DNA of 64,000 nucleotides from positions 76,831 through 140,830 of the forward strand of contig CBDESZ010000006.1 in the NCBI GenBank assembly GCA_965242725.1. Reading direction: 5' to 3'. How positions within the stretch are numbered: position 1 is the stretch's first letter; the number at the start of each line of letters is the position of its first letter. Under the pieces are notes generated by a model, which saw only the letters and a list, made by a program, of their open reading frames with translations, was not told the DNA's origin and did not search any database. The DNA is from Alkalispirochaeta sp. GTDB lineage: Bacteria; Spirochaetota; Spirochaetia; DSM-27196; Alkalispirochaetaceae. The translations under genes and the position numbers were made by a program. This document shows positions 9,127-18,198 of the stretch, piece after piece.

Positions 9127-11157
9127 ATGAGTAAGCAGGTTGACCACAATCACCACAATCACCACGGTGATCAACACCATGACCACAATGAACATCACAG
9201 GATGATGATCCGTGATTTCCGAACGCGGTTTTACGTGACCCTGGTGTTCACCATTCCGGTCCTCGCGTTATCGGAACTCATTCAGCAGTTCCTCGGCTTT
9301 TCGTTCACCTTTGCCGGAGCGGATTATGTCGTCTTTGGCCTGGCCACGATCATATTTGTATATGGCGGCTGGCCCTTCCTTAGCGGTCTGGTCGGTGAAC
9401 TTAAGCAGAAAGCACCGGGCATGATGACCCTCATCGCTCTCGCCATAACGGTAGCGTATGTCTACAGCGCGGCGGTAACGTTTGGTCTTGAAGGGACACC
9501 TTTTTATTGGGAATTGGCAACCTTAATCGCGATTATGCTTGCGGGTCACTGGATTGAAATGGCCTCAGTATTAAGTGCGTCGTCCGCCCTTGAGAAGCTT
9601 GCCCAACTCATGCCGAACGAAGCGCACAAAAAGTCCGGAGACGATGTTAAAGACGTCCCGCTCTCGGAGATCAAGAAGGGTGATATTCTGGTCATCAAGC
9701 CGGGAGAAAAAATACCCTCTGACGGCGTGATCACTCGCGGGTCGAGCTATATAGATGAGTCTATGCTGACCGGTGAGTCTCGCCCGGTGCACAAGGAGTC
9801 AGGCGATCAGCTTATCGGCGGCTCTATAAACGGCGACGGATCGATGGAACTCAGGGTGGAAAGTTCGGGCGAAGATTCCTACCTTTCAAAAGTCATCAAT
9901 ATGGTCAGGGAGGCGCAGGCAGCCAAGTCGAAGACGCAAGCACTTTCGGATCGTGCGGCGCTCTGGCTGACGATTGTCGCAATAACGGTGGGATTATCGA
10001 CCCTCGTGGCGTGGTTGCTTGCCGGGCAGGGGTTGCAGTTTTCCATTGCCCGGATGGCGACGGTAATGATCATTACGTGTCCCCACGCTTTAGGGCTGGC
10101 GATACCATTGGTGGTAGCACAGTCCACCGCCAAGTCCGCTCAGAACGGCCTGCTGATTCGCAACCGTACCGCCTTTGAGAATGCCCGGAAGATAAGCGCG
10201 GTCCTCTTTGATAAAACGGGAACGCTTACCAAGGGAACCTTCGAGGTTAACTCCGTGAATGTCCATAGCGGTCCGTACACAGAAAAGGAAATTCTCTCAT
10301 TTGCGGCAGCCTTGGAGGGGCAGTCGGAACACCCCATCGGTAAGGGAATTGTGACAAAAGCGAAGAGCGACGGAATCACCATCCAATCTGCCGATGATTT
10401 CGAGGCGATTAAGGGTAAGGGCGTCACCGGTACCGTCGGGAGTAAGCGCATTCAGGTAGTGAGCCCGGGATATTTGGAAGAACAGGGGCTCGACAGGCCG
10501 CAGGGAGCGGAGCGCAAGGGCGGGGTCACCCGCGTCTTCGTCCTCGTTGACGGCGAAGTTGCAGGATCCGTGGCTCTTTCCGACACCATTCGACCCGAGT
10601 CCTACCGGGCGATTCAAGCGCTGAAAAAACGGGGAATCGAATGCTGGATGCTCACCGGAGATAACCGGGAGACTGCCGAAGCCGTTGCGGAGGAACTCGG
10701 AATGGACGGGTTCTTTGCGGAGGTCCTCCCCGATCAGAAGCAGGAAAAGGTGAAGGAGTTGCAGGACAAAGGAGCGTATGTTGCTATGACCGGTGATGGG
10801 GTCAATGATTCGCCGGCCCTCGCCCAGGCACAGATCGGCATTGCCGTCGGGTCCGGAACGGACGTTGCCGCTGCGACGGCCGATATTATACTGGTCAACT
10901 CCAACCCACTTGATATTACCGCGTTAATTCTCTTTGGTCGGGCTACCTACCGGAAAATGGTGCAGAACCTGATCTGGGCAACGGGTTACAACGTGGTGGC
11001 CATCCCCCTGGCGGCAGGCGTTTTATACAGTAGCACCGGTATGGTGCTTTCACCGGAGGTTGGTGCCATTCTGATGTCCCTTTCCACCGTGATTGTTGCC
11101 GTAAACGCGCGACTCTTGCGCGTCAAGAAAGAGGAATTGGAAGAGGCGACGGCTTGA
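9127..11157 (+). CDS. copB: Copper-exporting P1B-3 ATPase (CopB type)
   Basis: His-rich N-terminus, TGES, CPHALG, DKTGT, SEHP, GDGVND, YN and MSLST motifs; AAGGAG before ATG9127. Confidence 0.92.
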   Translation: MSKQVDHNHHNHHGDQHHDHNEHHRMMIRDFRTRFYVTLVFTIPVLALSELIQQFLGFSFTFAGADYVVFGLATIIFVYGGWPFLSGLVGELKQKAPGMMTLIALAITVAYVYSAAVTFGLEGTPFYWELATLIAIMLAGHWIEMASVLSASSALEKLAQLMPNEAHKKSGDDVKDVPLSEIKKGDILVIKPGEKIPSDGVITRGSSYIDESMLTGESRPVHKESGDQLIGGSINGDGSMELRVESSGEDSYLSKVINMVREAQAAKSKTQALSDRAALWLTIVAITVGLSTLVAWLLAGQGLQFSIARMATVMIITCPHALGLAIPLVVAQSTAKSAQNGLLIRNRTAFENARKISAVLFDKTGTLTKGTFEVNSVNVHSGPYTEKEILSFAAALEGQSEHPIGKGIVTKAKSDGITIQSADDFEAIKGKGVTGTVGSKRIQVVSPGYLEEQGLDRPQGAERKGGVTRVFVLVDGEVAGSVALSDTIRPESYRAIQALKKRGIECWMLTGDNRETAEAVAEELGMDGFFAEVLPDQKQEKVKELQDKGAYVAMTGDGVNDSPALAQAQIGIAVGSGTDVAAATADIILVNSNPLDITALILFGRATYRKMVQNLIWATGYNVVAIPLAAGVLYSSTGMVLSPEVGAILMSLSTVIVAVNARLLRVKKEELEEATA

Positions 11158-11177
11158 TTGTCCCGGTTTTTAGTAAC

Positions 11178-11218
11178 TGTAACATGATCGCAACATAGCG
11201 GTCGCCGGAATGTAACAT
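11178..11218 (+). promoter_or_regulatory. Putative OmpR-family tandem binding site
   Basis: TGTAAC(11178), CGCAAC(11189), GGTCGC(11200), TGTAAC(11211) at 11-bp period upstream of the SHOCT/two-component operon. Confidence 0.45.
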
Positions 11219-11253
11219 TGAATGGATATGATTTGTACTACCAGGAGGAAACG

Positions 11254-11436
11254 ATGGGACTTTTACTGATTATTGTGTTATTCGCCGTGGGATACTTTAT
11301 GTACAAGAACGGATTGATCCCGGCGTCTCTCGATGGCGCCGATCGAAAGGCGCCGATCGATATTATCAACGAGCGCTACGCCCGGGGTGAAATCGACCGG
11401 GAAGAATACGAGCGACTCAGACGAGATCTGAATTAA
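11254..11436 (+). CDS. Small membrane-anchored SHOCT-domain protein
   Basis: One TM helix; IINERYARGEIDREEY; AGGAGG before ATG11254. Confidence 0.8.
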   Translation: MGLLLIIVLFAVGYFMYKNGLIPASLDGADRKAPIDIINERYARGEIDREEYERLRRDLN

Positions 11437-11458
11437 GTTTGACTTGGAGGAACAATAC

Positions 11459-11725
11459 ATGATGCACAACAACTGGGGCTGGGGAACCGGCATGGGATTT
11501 GGATACGGAGGCGGTATCGTCTCCATCCTGCTGATAGCGGTAATTCTCATCGGAGGATTCTTCTTCATACGGTGGATTATCCGTCGAACCGATGGAGACG
11601 GGCTTTCCCCCGGCGGATCAGGCCGACGTGACCCGGCGGAGATACTTAAGGAACGGTACGCGAAAGGTGAAATTTCCAGGGAAGAGTACCGAAGCATGTT
11701 GTCGGACATAAGAGGTGGAGAGTAA
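11459..11725 (+). CDS. SHOCT-domain membrane protein with Met/Gly/Trp-rich N-terminus
   Basis: MMHNNWGWGTGMGFG, TM helix, ILKERYAKGEISREEY. Confidence 0.8.
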   Translation: MMHNNWGWGTGMGFGYGGGIVSILLIAVILIGGFFFIRWIIRRTDGDGLSPGGSGRRDPAEILKERYAKGEISREEYRSMLSDIRGGE

Positions 11726-12420
11726 TGATTTATAGTCGAAAATCGTTCTTGTTTGCGGTGGCACTGGCTTTTTTTGTAGCGGGAATTGCCACTGCTCAGG
11801 AGGATGCACACGGACGCGACGTCGAGGAAATTCTCCAACAGATCATACAGGTTCAGGGAGTAGAACGGGTCGGCCAAATTGACGCCAATGCGGTCGACCG
11901 GGATCTCCTTGAAGAGCTCGGAGACGGCGTCATGGGCCTCATGATTGCGGACGACGAGCGGCACGAATGGATGGATCGAATGATGGGAGGCGAAGGCTCC
12001 GCTGAGCTTGCCTCCACGCACGCCTGGCTTGGATATAACTACCTTCAAAATGACGGTAATCTCGCCTCCTTCGGCCCCGGAATGATGGGGTTCGGAATGA
12101 TGGGCCCCGGTATGATGGGTGGCTGGAACTGGGGCGCGGACCGTAACGGACCCTGGTCGGAAACCTGGGGTGATCGGGGAAGCTGGTACGGCGGAACGCC
12201 GTTTAGTCGGCAGGCCGGTACCTACCTCTGGATTATCGGACTTCTCGTTTTGGTACTGATAGTCGCTATCATTGTAGCGCTCGTGCGGACCAGGACGCCC
12301 CGACACGGCTCGCAATCGGGCAAATCAGGTGAGAGCGCCGTCGCCATCCTGCAGGCTCGCTATGCCAGGGGCGAGCTTTCTCAAGAAGAGTATCGTCAAA
12401 TTAAAAAGGAGCTGCGGTGA
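11725..12420 (+). CDS. Met/Gly-rich exported protein with TM helix and SHOCT domain (paralog of 156..692)
   Basis: RHEWMDRMMGGEGS motif, GPGMMG repeats, ILQARYARGELSQEEY. Confidence 0.78.
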   Translation: MIYSRKSFLFAVALAFFVAGIATAQEDAHGRDVEEILQQIIQVQGVERVGQIDANAVDRDLLEELGDGVMGLMIADDERHEWMDRMMGGEGSAELASTHAWLGYNYLQNDGNLASFGPGMMGFGMMGPGMMGGWNWGADRNGPWSETWGDRGSWYGGTPFSRQAGTYLWIIGLLVLVLIVAIIVALVRTRTPRHGSQSGKSGESAVAILQARYARGELSQEEYRQIKKELR

Positions 12421-12441
12421 ATTCGATTAGCAGGGTAGCTT

Positions 12442-13137
12442 ATGGCCGGTGAGCGCATTCTCATCGTTGACGATGAGGCCGGCATACAGAAGACACTAAA
12501 GGCGTATCTGGAAAATGAAGGATACGCCACGGAGTCAGTAACCGAAGGCGATTGGGTGCTCCCGAGGGTACAGATATTTAAGCCTGACGTTGTTATTCTT
12601 GATATTATGCTCCCAGGAATTGATGGAATAGAAGTATTAAGACGACTCCGGCAGGACTCCTCCGTATTGGTGCTCATGCTCAGCGCCAAGGGCGAGGAGT
12701 CCGACCGTCTCGTGGGACTCAAAATGGGGGCAGATGACTACGTCGTAAAACCATTTAGTCCCCGGGAGGTTGTAACTCGGGTCGGCGTTCTCCTTCGGCG
12801 CGGTCGGGGAGCGGACGGCGACCCGGGCGACGTTATTAGATTTTCCCGAATCACCGTCGACCCGGGCAGCAGACAAGCGTGGAAAGATGCGACAATACTG
12901 AGCCTGACTCCGATAGAGTTTGACTTGCTCCTCACCCTTTCCCGCAACAGCGGGCGAGTCCTCAGTCGAGATCAGTTGATCGACCACGCCTGGGGTGACG
13001 ACTACTACATCGATGAGCGTGTCGTTGATGTGCACGTTCGCAGACTCCGCAGGAAGATCGAAGACGATCCCCGAGAAGCCCGAATTATTGCCACCGCGCG
13101 AGGTGCCGGCTATCGCCTGGATTCCAATCACGCATGA
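12442..13137 (+). CDS. OmpR-family response regulator
   Basis: ILIVDDE, LDIMLPG, GADDYVVKPFS, winged helix VDVHVRRLRRK..RGAGY. Confidence 0.92.
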   Translation: MAGERILIVDDEAGIQKTLKAYLENEGYATESVTEGDWVLPRVQIFKPDVVILDIMLPGIDGIEVLRRLRQDSSVLVLMLSAKGEESDRLVGLKMGADDYVVKPFSPREVVTRVGVLLRRGRGADGDPGDVIRFSRITVDPGSRQAWKDATILSLTPIEFDLLLTLSRNSGRVLSRDQLIDHAWGDDYYIDERVVDVHVRRLRRKIEDDPREARIIATARGAGYRLDSNHA

Positions 13138-14255
13138 AGCTGGAAACATTCTTAAAACCGAAACTTGGACGTAAGCTCTTTCTTTCCCATTTGATTGTTG
13201 TACTCGTGGGAAGCGTGGTCCTGGCGGCCGTCGCCTACCTGCACGCACCTCGCGCGCTGACACATCACATGGCGGAAATGGACGCAGCAATGGGGCGGAT
13301 GCACGGCATGGGAGTGGATCTCAGGCAGAGTTTTCTTGCTGCGGTGGGCGAGGTGCTCTTCGTCGCGGGACTCGTCGCCGTCGGGGCGGCGGTAGTGGTG
13401 AGCAGTTTCGTGGCATGGCGAATTATCGGGCCAGTTCGTTCTTTGACGGTTGCCAGTAGACGTATCGCCGACGGCGATTACTCCCACCGAGTCGAGGCCG
13501 TCTGGAAGGATGAGTTGGGAGAGCTGGCCGCGTCGTTCAATCGCATGGCTGCCGCACTCGATGAAACCGAAAGGAGACGTGCGGAACTTATTGGCAATGT
13601 AGCCCACGAACTTCGCACGCCGCTCACAACGATTCGGAGCATGATGGAAGGGCTCATTGATGGTGTGTTGCCGGCGGATACCGAAACCTTTCTCGACGTA
13701 CAGCGCGAGGCATCACGGCTCGGCCGTCTCACCTCAGAATTGAGCGAGCTCTCTCGTGCCGAAGCGGGGGAGATTTCATTGGAAACCAAGCTGACGGATC
13801 CGAAAGTACTGCTCCGAATAGCCGTTAATCGCCTTCGTCCGCAATTCCAGGACAAAGGTATTGCGCTGACGGTCGGGTTTCCACAACGAAACCTGCCGTG
13901 GGTCGATGTAGATGACGAAAAGATACTCCAGGTTCTGCTCAATTTAATCGGAAATGCACTCCAATATACCGACCCGGAGGGTAGCGTCCAGGTACAGTGC
14001 CAAGCGGAGGGAGATTTGGTTCGGTTTTCCGTTTCTGATGATGGAATCGGCATTCCGCCCGAGGATCTCCCTCGGGTGTTTGAGCGATTCTATCGGGTGG
14101 ATAAGTCGCGAGCACGCTCCCGCGGTGGGAGCGGAATCGGTCTCACTATTGCCGCTCATTTGGTGAAGGCTCATGGTGGAACAATCGCGGTCAAAAGTAA
14201 TGGGATTGGTCAAGGAAGTGTTTTTTCTTTCGTCATCCCACGACCGAAAGATTAA
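13134..14255 (+). CDS. HAMP-domain sensor histidine kinase (BaeS-like) with short His/Met-rich sensor loop
   Basis: Loop HHMAEMDAAMGRMHGMG between two TM helices; AHELRTP, N, G1, F and G2 boxes. Confidence 0.9.
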   Translation: MKLETFLKPKLGRKLFLSHLIVVLVGSVVLAAVAYLHAPRALTHHMAEMDAAMGRMHGMGVDLRQSFLAAVGEVLFVAGLVAVGAAVVVSSFVAWRIIGPVRSLTVASRRIADGDYSHRVEAVWKDELGELAASFNRMAAALDETERRRAELIGNVAHELRTPLTTIRSMMEGLIDGVLPADTETFLDVQREASRLGRLTSELSELSRAEAGEISLETKLTDPKVLLRIAVNRLRPQFQDKGIALTVGFPQRNLPWVDVDDEKILQVLLNLIGNALQYTDPEGSVQVQCQAEGDLVRFSVSDDGIGIPPEDLPRVFERFYRVDKSRARSRGGSGIGLTIAAHLVKAHGGTIAVKSNGIGQGSVFSFVIPRPKD

Positions 14256-14349
14256 ACAATTTATCCGTCTGACACATGGCAGAACGTATTCGTGTTGATG
14301 GGTATGAACGAGTGCGGAGTGACGCTCCGCACCCGGATGTTTGCCGCTC

Positions 14350-14559
14350 TTATCTGACCGCTCCAACCGTATAACCCGCCTCGGAAACTGATTGAGCGTA
14401 CGTCTCCAAGGGAATCTCAGCTTGAACATTTACGGAAGCGACTCCCGACTGCAAATCAACCGTTACGGTGGAGACGCCGTCGATTTTTTCAAGCGCTTGC
14501 CGAACACTCATCGCACAGTGATCGCAACTCATATCCTTAATGTAAACTTGTTGTGTCAT
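14350..14559 (-). CDS. copZ: Copper chaperone (HMA domain)
   Basis: 69 aa, MSCDHC metal-binding loop, EAGY. Confidence 0.9.
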   Translation of the reverse strand: MTQQVYIKDMSCDHCAMSVRQALEKIDGVSTVTVDLQSGVASVNVQAEIPLETYAQSVSEAGYTVGAVR

Positions 14560-14581
14560 ATCGACCTCCTGAAAAATACAT

Positions 14582-14596
14582 TACCCCTGTAGGGTA
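14582..14596. promoter_or_regulatory. CsoR operator upstream of copZ
   Basis: TACC-CCTGTAG-GGTA. Confidence 0.75.
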
Positions 14597-14697
14597 TATA
14601 GAATTATACATCGTCGATATTTGTGGGTCAAGTGCTCCCCAGAATATTTTCATGGCGTAACAAACGCTCACCGCCGTTCCCGATTTGGTTGTTCCGC

Positions 14698-15330
14698 TTA
14701 AGGATAGGCCGTAATACGTTTTATGATGTCCTTCCAGAGATTTGTCACTTCGATATCGCGAAATCCCGCCCGGCGAAGATTATCCACGGTTCGGCGGTTG
14801 ATGTTTGCCCCATAAAGATGGAGTGGAAGAGGGTTTAGAACGTCCATAAGAGGACCGAGTATCGGGCCTTCACTGCGAACGTGCTCGAGCATGAGCACCT
14901 TACCGTCCGGTTTGCATACACGGTGAATCTCTTTGAGACCGGCTACGGGAAGTGGTACCGAGCAAAACACGCATGTCGAGACAACCGTATCGAACGTATT
15001 GTCGTCAAAATCGAGGTGCTGTGCATCCATTTCCAGGAGCGTTACGTTAGATAGGCCATGCTGCGCTTTTCGGTCGGCTGCACGTGCAATCATCGCCCGG
15101 CTGAAATCGATCGCCGTGACCGAGACGTCCTTCGGGTAGTAGGGAAGGTTTTTACCCGTACCGACTCCCACTTCAAGAACTGCACCTTTCGCGAAACTCA
15201 ACAATTCTTCGCGCCACGACGACGCCATCCGCTCCATCGGGTTTTCTAATAGATCATATACGGGAGCGATTCGGTCGTACCGTTGTTGGATTTTGTTAAT
15301 TTGTTTTGTCATATCATGTACCTTAGTCAA
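14698..15330 (-). CDS. Class I SAM-dependent methyltransferase, close paralog of 763..1428
   Basis: Long identical peptide blocks shared with the first copy (VLEVGVGTGKNL, LNPLPLHLYGANINRRTV). Confidence 0.85.
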   Translation of the reverse strand: MTKVHDMTKQINKIQQRYDRIAPVYDLLENPMERMASSWREELLSFAKGAVLEVGVGTGKNLPYYPKDVSVTAIDFSRAMIARAADRKAQHGLSNVTLLEMDAQHLDFDDNTFDTVVSTCVFCSVPLPVAGLKEIHRVCKPDGKVLMLEHVRSEGPILGPLMDVLNPLPLHLYGANINRRTVDNLRRAGFRDIEVTNLWKDIIKRITAYP

Positions 15331-15518
15331 AGTTTCTTTTCACGCGCCTGCTTCCCGAACATCTTAAATATAACGCTATGGTATGTATGAGAATTGACGG
15401 CGATATTACAGTTTGATGAATTGTTTTCTCCGGACGAAATACAGTTGCCTCGTTTTGCTGTTGCCATTCGATGCCTTTGTTGGTTACGTTAGGATGTCGT
15501 AGACTACGGGGGTATGGT

Positions 15519-15797
15519 ATGATGAAAGAAGAACAGAGGGAAAAAGTACGGAACAGGTTACGCCGGATTGAAGGACAGATTGCCGGGATTGGTCGTATGA
15601 TTGATGATGACCGATACTGTGTCGACATTCTCAACCAAACGTCGGCCGTCATCGCGGCGATCAGGAACGTTGAGAATATCGTAATGGAGAACCACTTGAA
15701 CACATGTGTCGTCGATGCGATTCGGAGCGGAGATCCTGAGGAACAACGCCTGAAGACGACCGAAATTATGGATGTGCTTGGCAAGTATCGGAAGTGA
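15519..15797 (+). CDS. csoR: Second CsoR-family repressor
   Basis: RLRRIEGQ..RYCVDILNQ..ENHLNTC; near-match operator TACG-GGGGTAT-GGTA at 15505-15519. Confidence 0.88.
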   Translation: MMKEEQREKVRNRLRRIEGQIAGIGRMIDDDRYCVDILNQTSAVIAAIRNVENIVMENHLNTCVVDAIRSGDPEEQRLKTTEIMDVLGKYRK

Positions 15798-15827
15798 AGA
15801 TATTCGCGGGGGCGCGAAACAGATAGA

Positions 15828-16472
15828 TTATCTACCGTCGCGGAATTTCACATAGAGGCGGCGCAGGGCAAAAATCGCGACTGAAACGCCAATTCCCATC
15901 AGTGACAAACGTATCCAATCGTTTCGGGCAAGTGCACTGCCCATGGAGAGAATGACAAAGGCAAAGGGTGTCATACCGATAAGGCTGGCGAGAGCGTAAG
16001 TGCGGAAGGAGACCGCTTTGGTCAAACCAAGCACGTAACTTGGTATCTCCACGGGAAATATCATCCGTATAATGACGATCGCCAGAAAACCCGTGTCCCG
16101 GGGTATCCTGTTCTCCCATTCCTGCAGTCTCTCCGGGGAAACCAGTTTTACCAGAACCGGTCTGCCAAGATACCGAGCGATGAGAAAAGCGATGACGGCA
16201 CCGATCCACCAGCCAAGGATGCTCAGGATACCTCCTATGGTAATACCCCATGCCGCTGCCGCTATGGGTATCAGTGGCATGGAAGAAAGGGGAAGGACCA
16301 CGATCGCCGCGGCCGTCACGGCTACATAGATCATCGCCGTACCTACGGGGTAGTCGATGGCGTACTGGGCGATGACGGAAACCAACAGCGGAAAATATTG
16401 AAACGAAAACAACAGACCCGAGGCGATAAGCAGGGCGACAAGTACTCGTACAAGCAGAACCGGGAGTCTCAT
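15828..16472 (-). CDS. TVP38/TMEM64 (VTT/DedA-like) membrane protein
   Basis: G..IAFLIARYLGR, IIRM..P...SYVLGL; start at 16472 overlaps the upstream stop. Confidence 0.8.
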   Translation of the reverse strand: MRLPVLLVRVLVALLIASGLLFSFQYFPLLVSVIAQYAIDYPVGTAMIYVAVTAAAIVVLPLSSMPLIPIAAAAWGITIGGILSILGWWIGAVIAFLIARYLGRPVLVKLVSPERLQEWENRIPRDTGFLAIVIIRMIFPVEIPSYVLGLTKAVSFRTYALASLIGMTPFAFVILSMGSALARNDWIRLSLMGIGVSVAIFALRRLYVKFRDGR

Positions 16473-16972
16473 TTCTTCCTCCGGAAGACTCCCCAAAAAA
16501 CCAATGCAAGTACCGCAACAAATATGAGCAAATGGTATACCCGTACATGGATTGGTCGGTGAAGGATATGTCGGTCCGGGGAAAACCAGGGAGACCACCG
16601 GTCGGTAGTTATACCCGGGGCCATTATGGTGTTGTTCCATTGCGGAATGGTACCGTCCATTTCAAGGTAGTGGCGGGCAAAACGTATATGGACGGCCATG
16701 TTTCGCGGTGAGCCGCGGCCGCCCATTATGTCGTTTAACCACTTGTGCCAGTCCGGGTCATCTACAATGGCACCCATGATTTGGAAACCGAGTTCTTCCA
16801 TATCCGCCGGGGATACCAGGTCGGGGTCTATGTCACCCGGTCTGCGTACCCCCTGTTCTTCCATGATGCGGGCGGTGATTTCCATAACCGATTGTTCATC
16901 GGGAAAAAGGGAAAGTGCCGGGAGTACAAACAGGAGCAGAACGAAGACGGTTAATCGAGAACGACTGTGCAT
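16469..16972 (-). CDS. Third member of the HEWM-MMGG exported family (no SHOCT)
   Basis: IDPD.V....MEELG..IMGAIVDD..WHKWLNDIMGGRGS....VH....HYL aligns by eye with the 156 and 11725 proteins. Confidence 0.65.
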   Translation of the reverse strand: MHSRSRLTVFVLLLFVLPALSLFPDEQSVMEITARIMEEQGVRRPGDIDPDLVSPADMEELGFQIMGAIVDDPDWHKWLNDIMGGRGSPRNMAVHIRFARHYLEMDGTIPQWNNTIMAPGITTDRWSPWFSPDRHILHRPIHVRVYHLLIFVAVLALVFWGVFRRKK

Positions 16973-17087
16973 CTGTAATCAGTATATCAGCGACCTTGAG
17001 CCGCAGGTGTCGAACCTACGATTTTTCGGACTTTGTTTGTATAATGTAGAAGAAATGAACAAGCAAAAAGGAATTTGGAAGCATCTA

Positions 17088-17779
17088 TAGGTAGCAGCTG
17101 GTATCTGAAATAGTTCAAATTTATCATTATTAAAACTATCTGACTTTTCAACACCAAGAATATCAATAAATGATTCATCATTTTTTTCACTAGGCAAATA
17201 GACTGATATCAGAGGAGAATCAGTCACCTCTCCCCATCTACCATTTGTCAAATTCCAAAGCTCTTGGTATTCATCTGTACATACGTATTCTTTCCAGAAT
17301 TTAGGGCCTTCTTTAAAAAAGTTTTCATGTGTAAAGTTTTTACTCTTCCCTACCAATTCAAAAGACGGTTTTTCGACTATTTTATAATCCATATCATTTC
17401 CTCCTTTGATTTCGATATGAAAAGAAACACGATTATATGCCGATAATTTAACCTCAGAGCTGCGCACTTCTCGTGGATTAATACCATGCATATTCCGGAA
17501 TGCTCTAGTAAACGCATTTGGTGATTCATAACCATATTTCAGAGCGATATCAATGACTTTTTCATTCCCAGCAGCGAGATCAGAGGCTGCTAAATTCAAT
17601 CTTCGTCGTCTGATATATTCAGCAGGCGTAATCCCAATGATTGCATAAAACATTCGCTGAAAATGAAATGATGAACAATTGGCTATCTTTGCTACTTCTG
17701 AAATCAGTAGTTCATATTTAATATTATCTTCAATATAATTGATTGCCATATTCATTCTTTCAGACCATTCCATTATCAT
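17088..17779 (-). pseudogene. AraC/Rob-family regulator with GyrI-like domain, 3'-truncated; AT-rich cassette gene
   Basis: AINYIEDN, FHFQRMF, YIRRRRL, IALKYGYESPNAFTRAF; family-like sequence stops at 'IPAATY'. Confidence 0.8.
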
Positions 17780-17927
17780 GCTTCCTTGTTATGCATAGTA
17801 ATAAATTTTAATTCTATGATCTCACCTTTTTATGCGATGCGATGTGTGTTTATACATTTCCAAACTGGCACGGATGCCAGTTTGCCTATATATAATCCCT
17901 TCTCCCAAAAAAGGGCGGGGTAATTGC

Positions 17928-17990
17928 ATCTAACGTCCTGCGAATAGCCGAAGTTACCAAGGCATTCACCTGTCAACAATGTCCTTAGCT
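17928..17990 (-). other. Truncated attC (R' side only) at the head of the araC cassette
   Basis: Minus strand ..CGCAGGAC-GTTAGAT core site and a small hairpin; no matching R''/L'' arm. Confidence 0.4.
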
Positions 17991-18026
17991 TTCTGTAAAC
18001 CATCTCCATGATCAGTACCTGTGTCC

Positions 18027-18125
18027 ACATAACGATGAGTTGAGTTGTTTGGCGTTAATCGGCGCGGTTGTTGCAGAAGCAAGAACCGTGACGATAGCCA
18101 AATCAACTCGAACGTGGTGTTATGT
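18027..18125 (-). other. attC site (99 bp) closing the higBA cassette
   Basis: Minus strand R'' ACATAAC, L'' GTTCGAG vs L' CTCAAC (extra C), TTGATTTGGC vs GCCAAACAA (extra A), R' GTTATGT. Confidence 0.88.
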
Positions 18126-18198
18126 GACTCAGGTTTTTGAGGTGGACCCCTTCGTCAAGACCACTCAACGAGGGTCTTAAGCTACTCCATTGCCCCGC

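Noticed and set aside
17830..18030. 66-aa ORF (also 39614..39814) as a cassette gene
   Set aside because: Starts inside the attC R' site, runs across a half attC, and has no recognisable motif.
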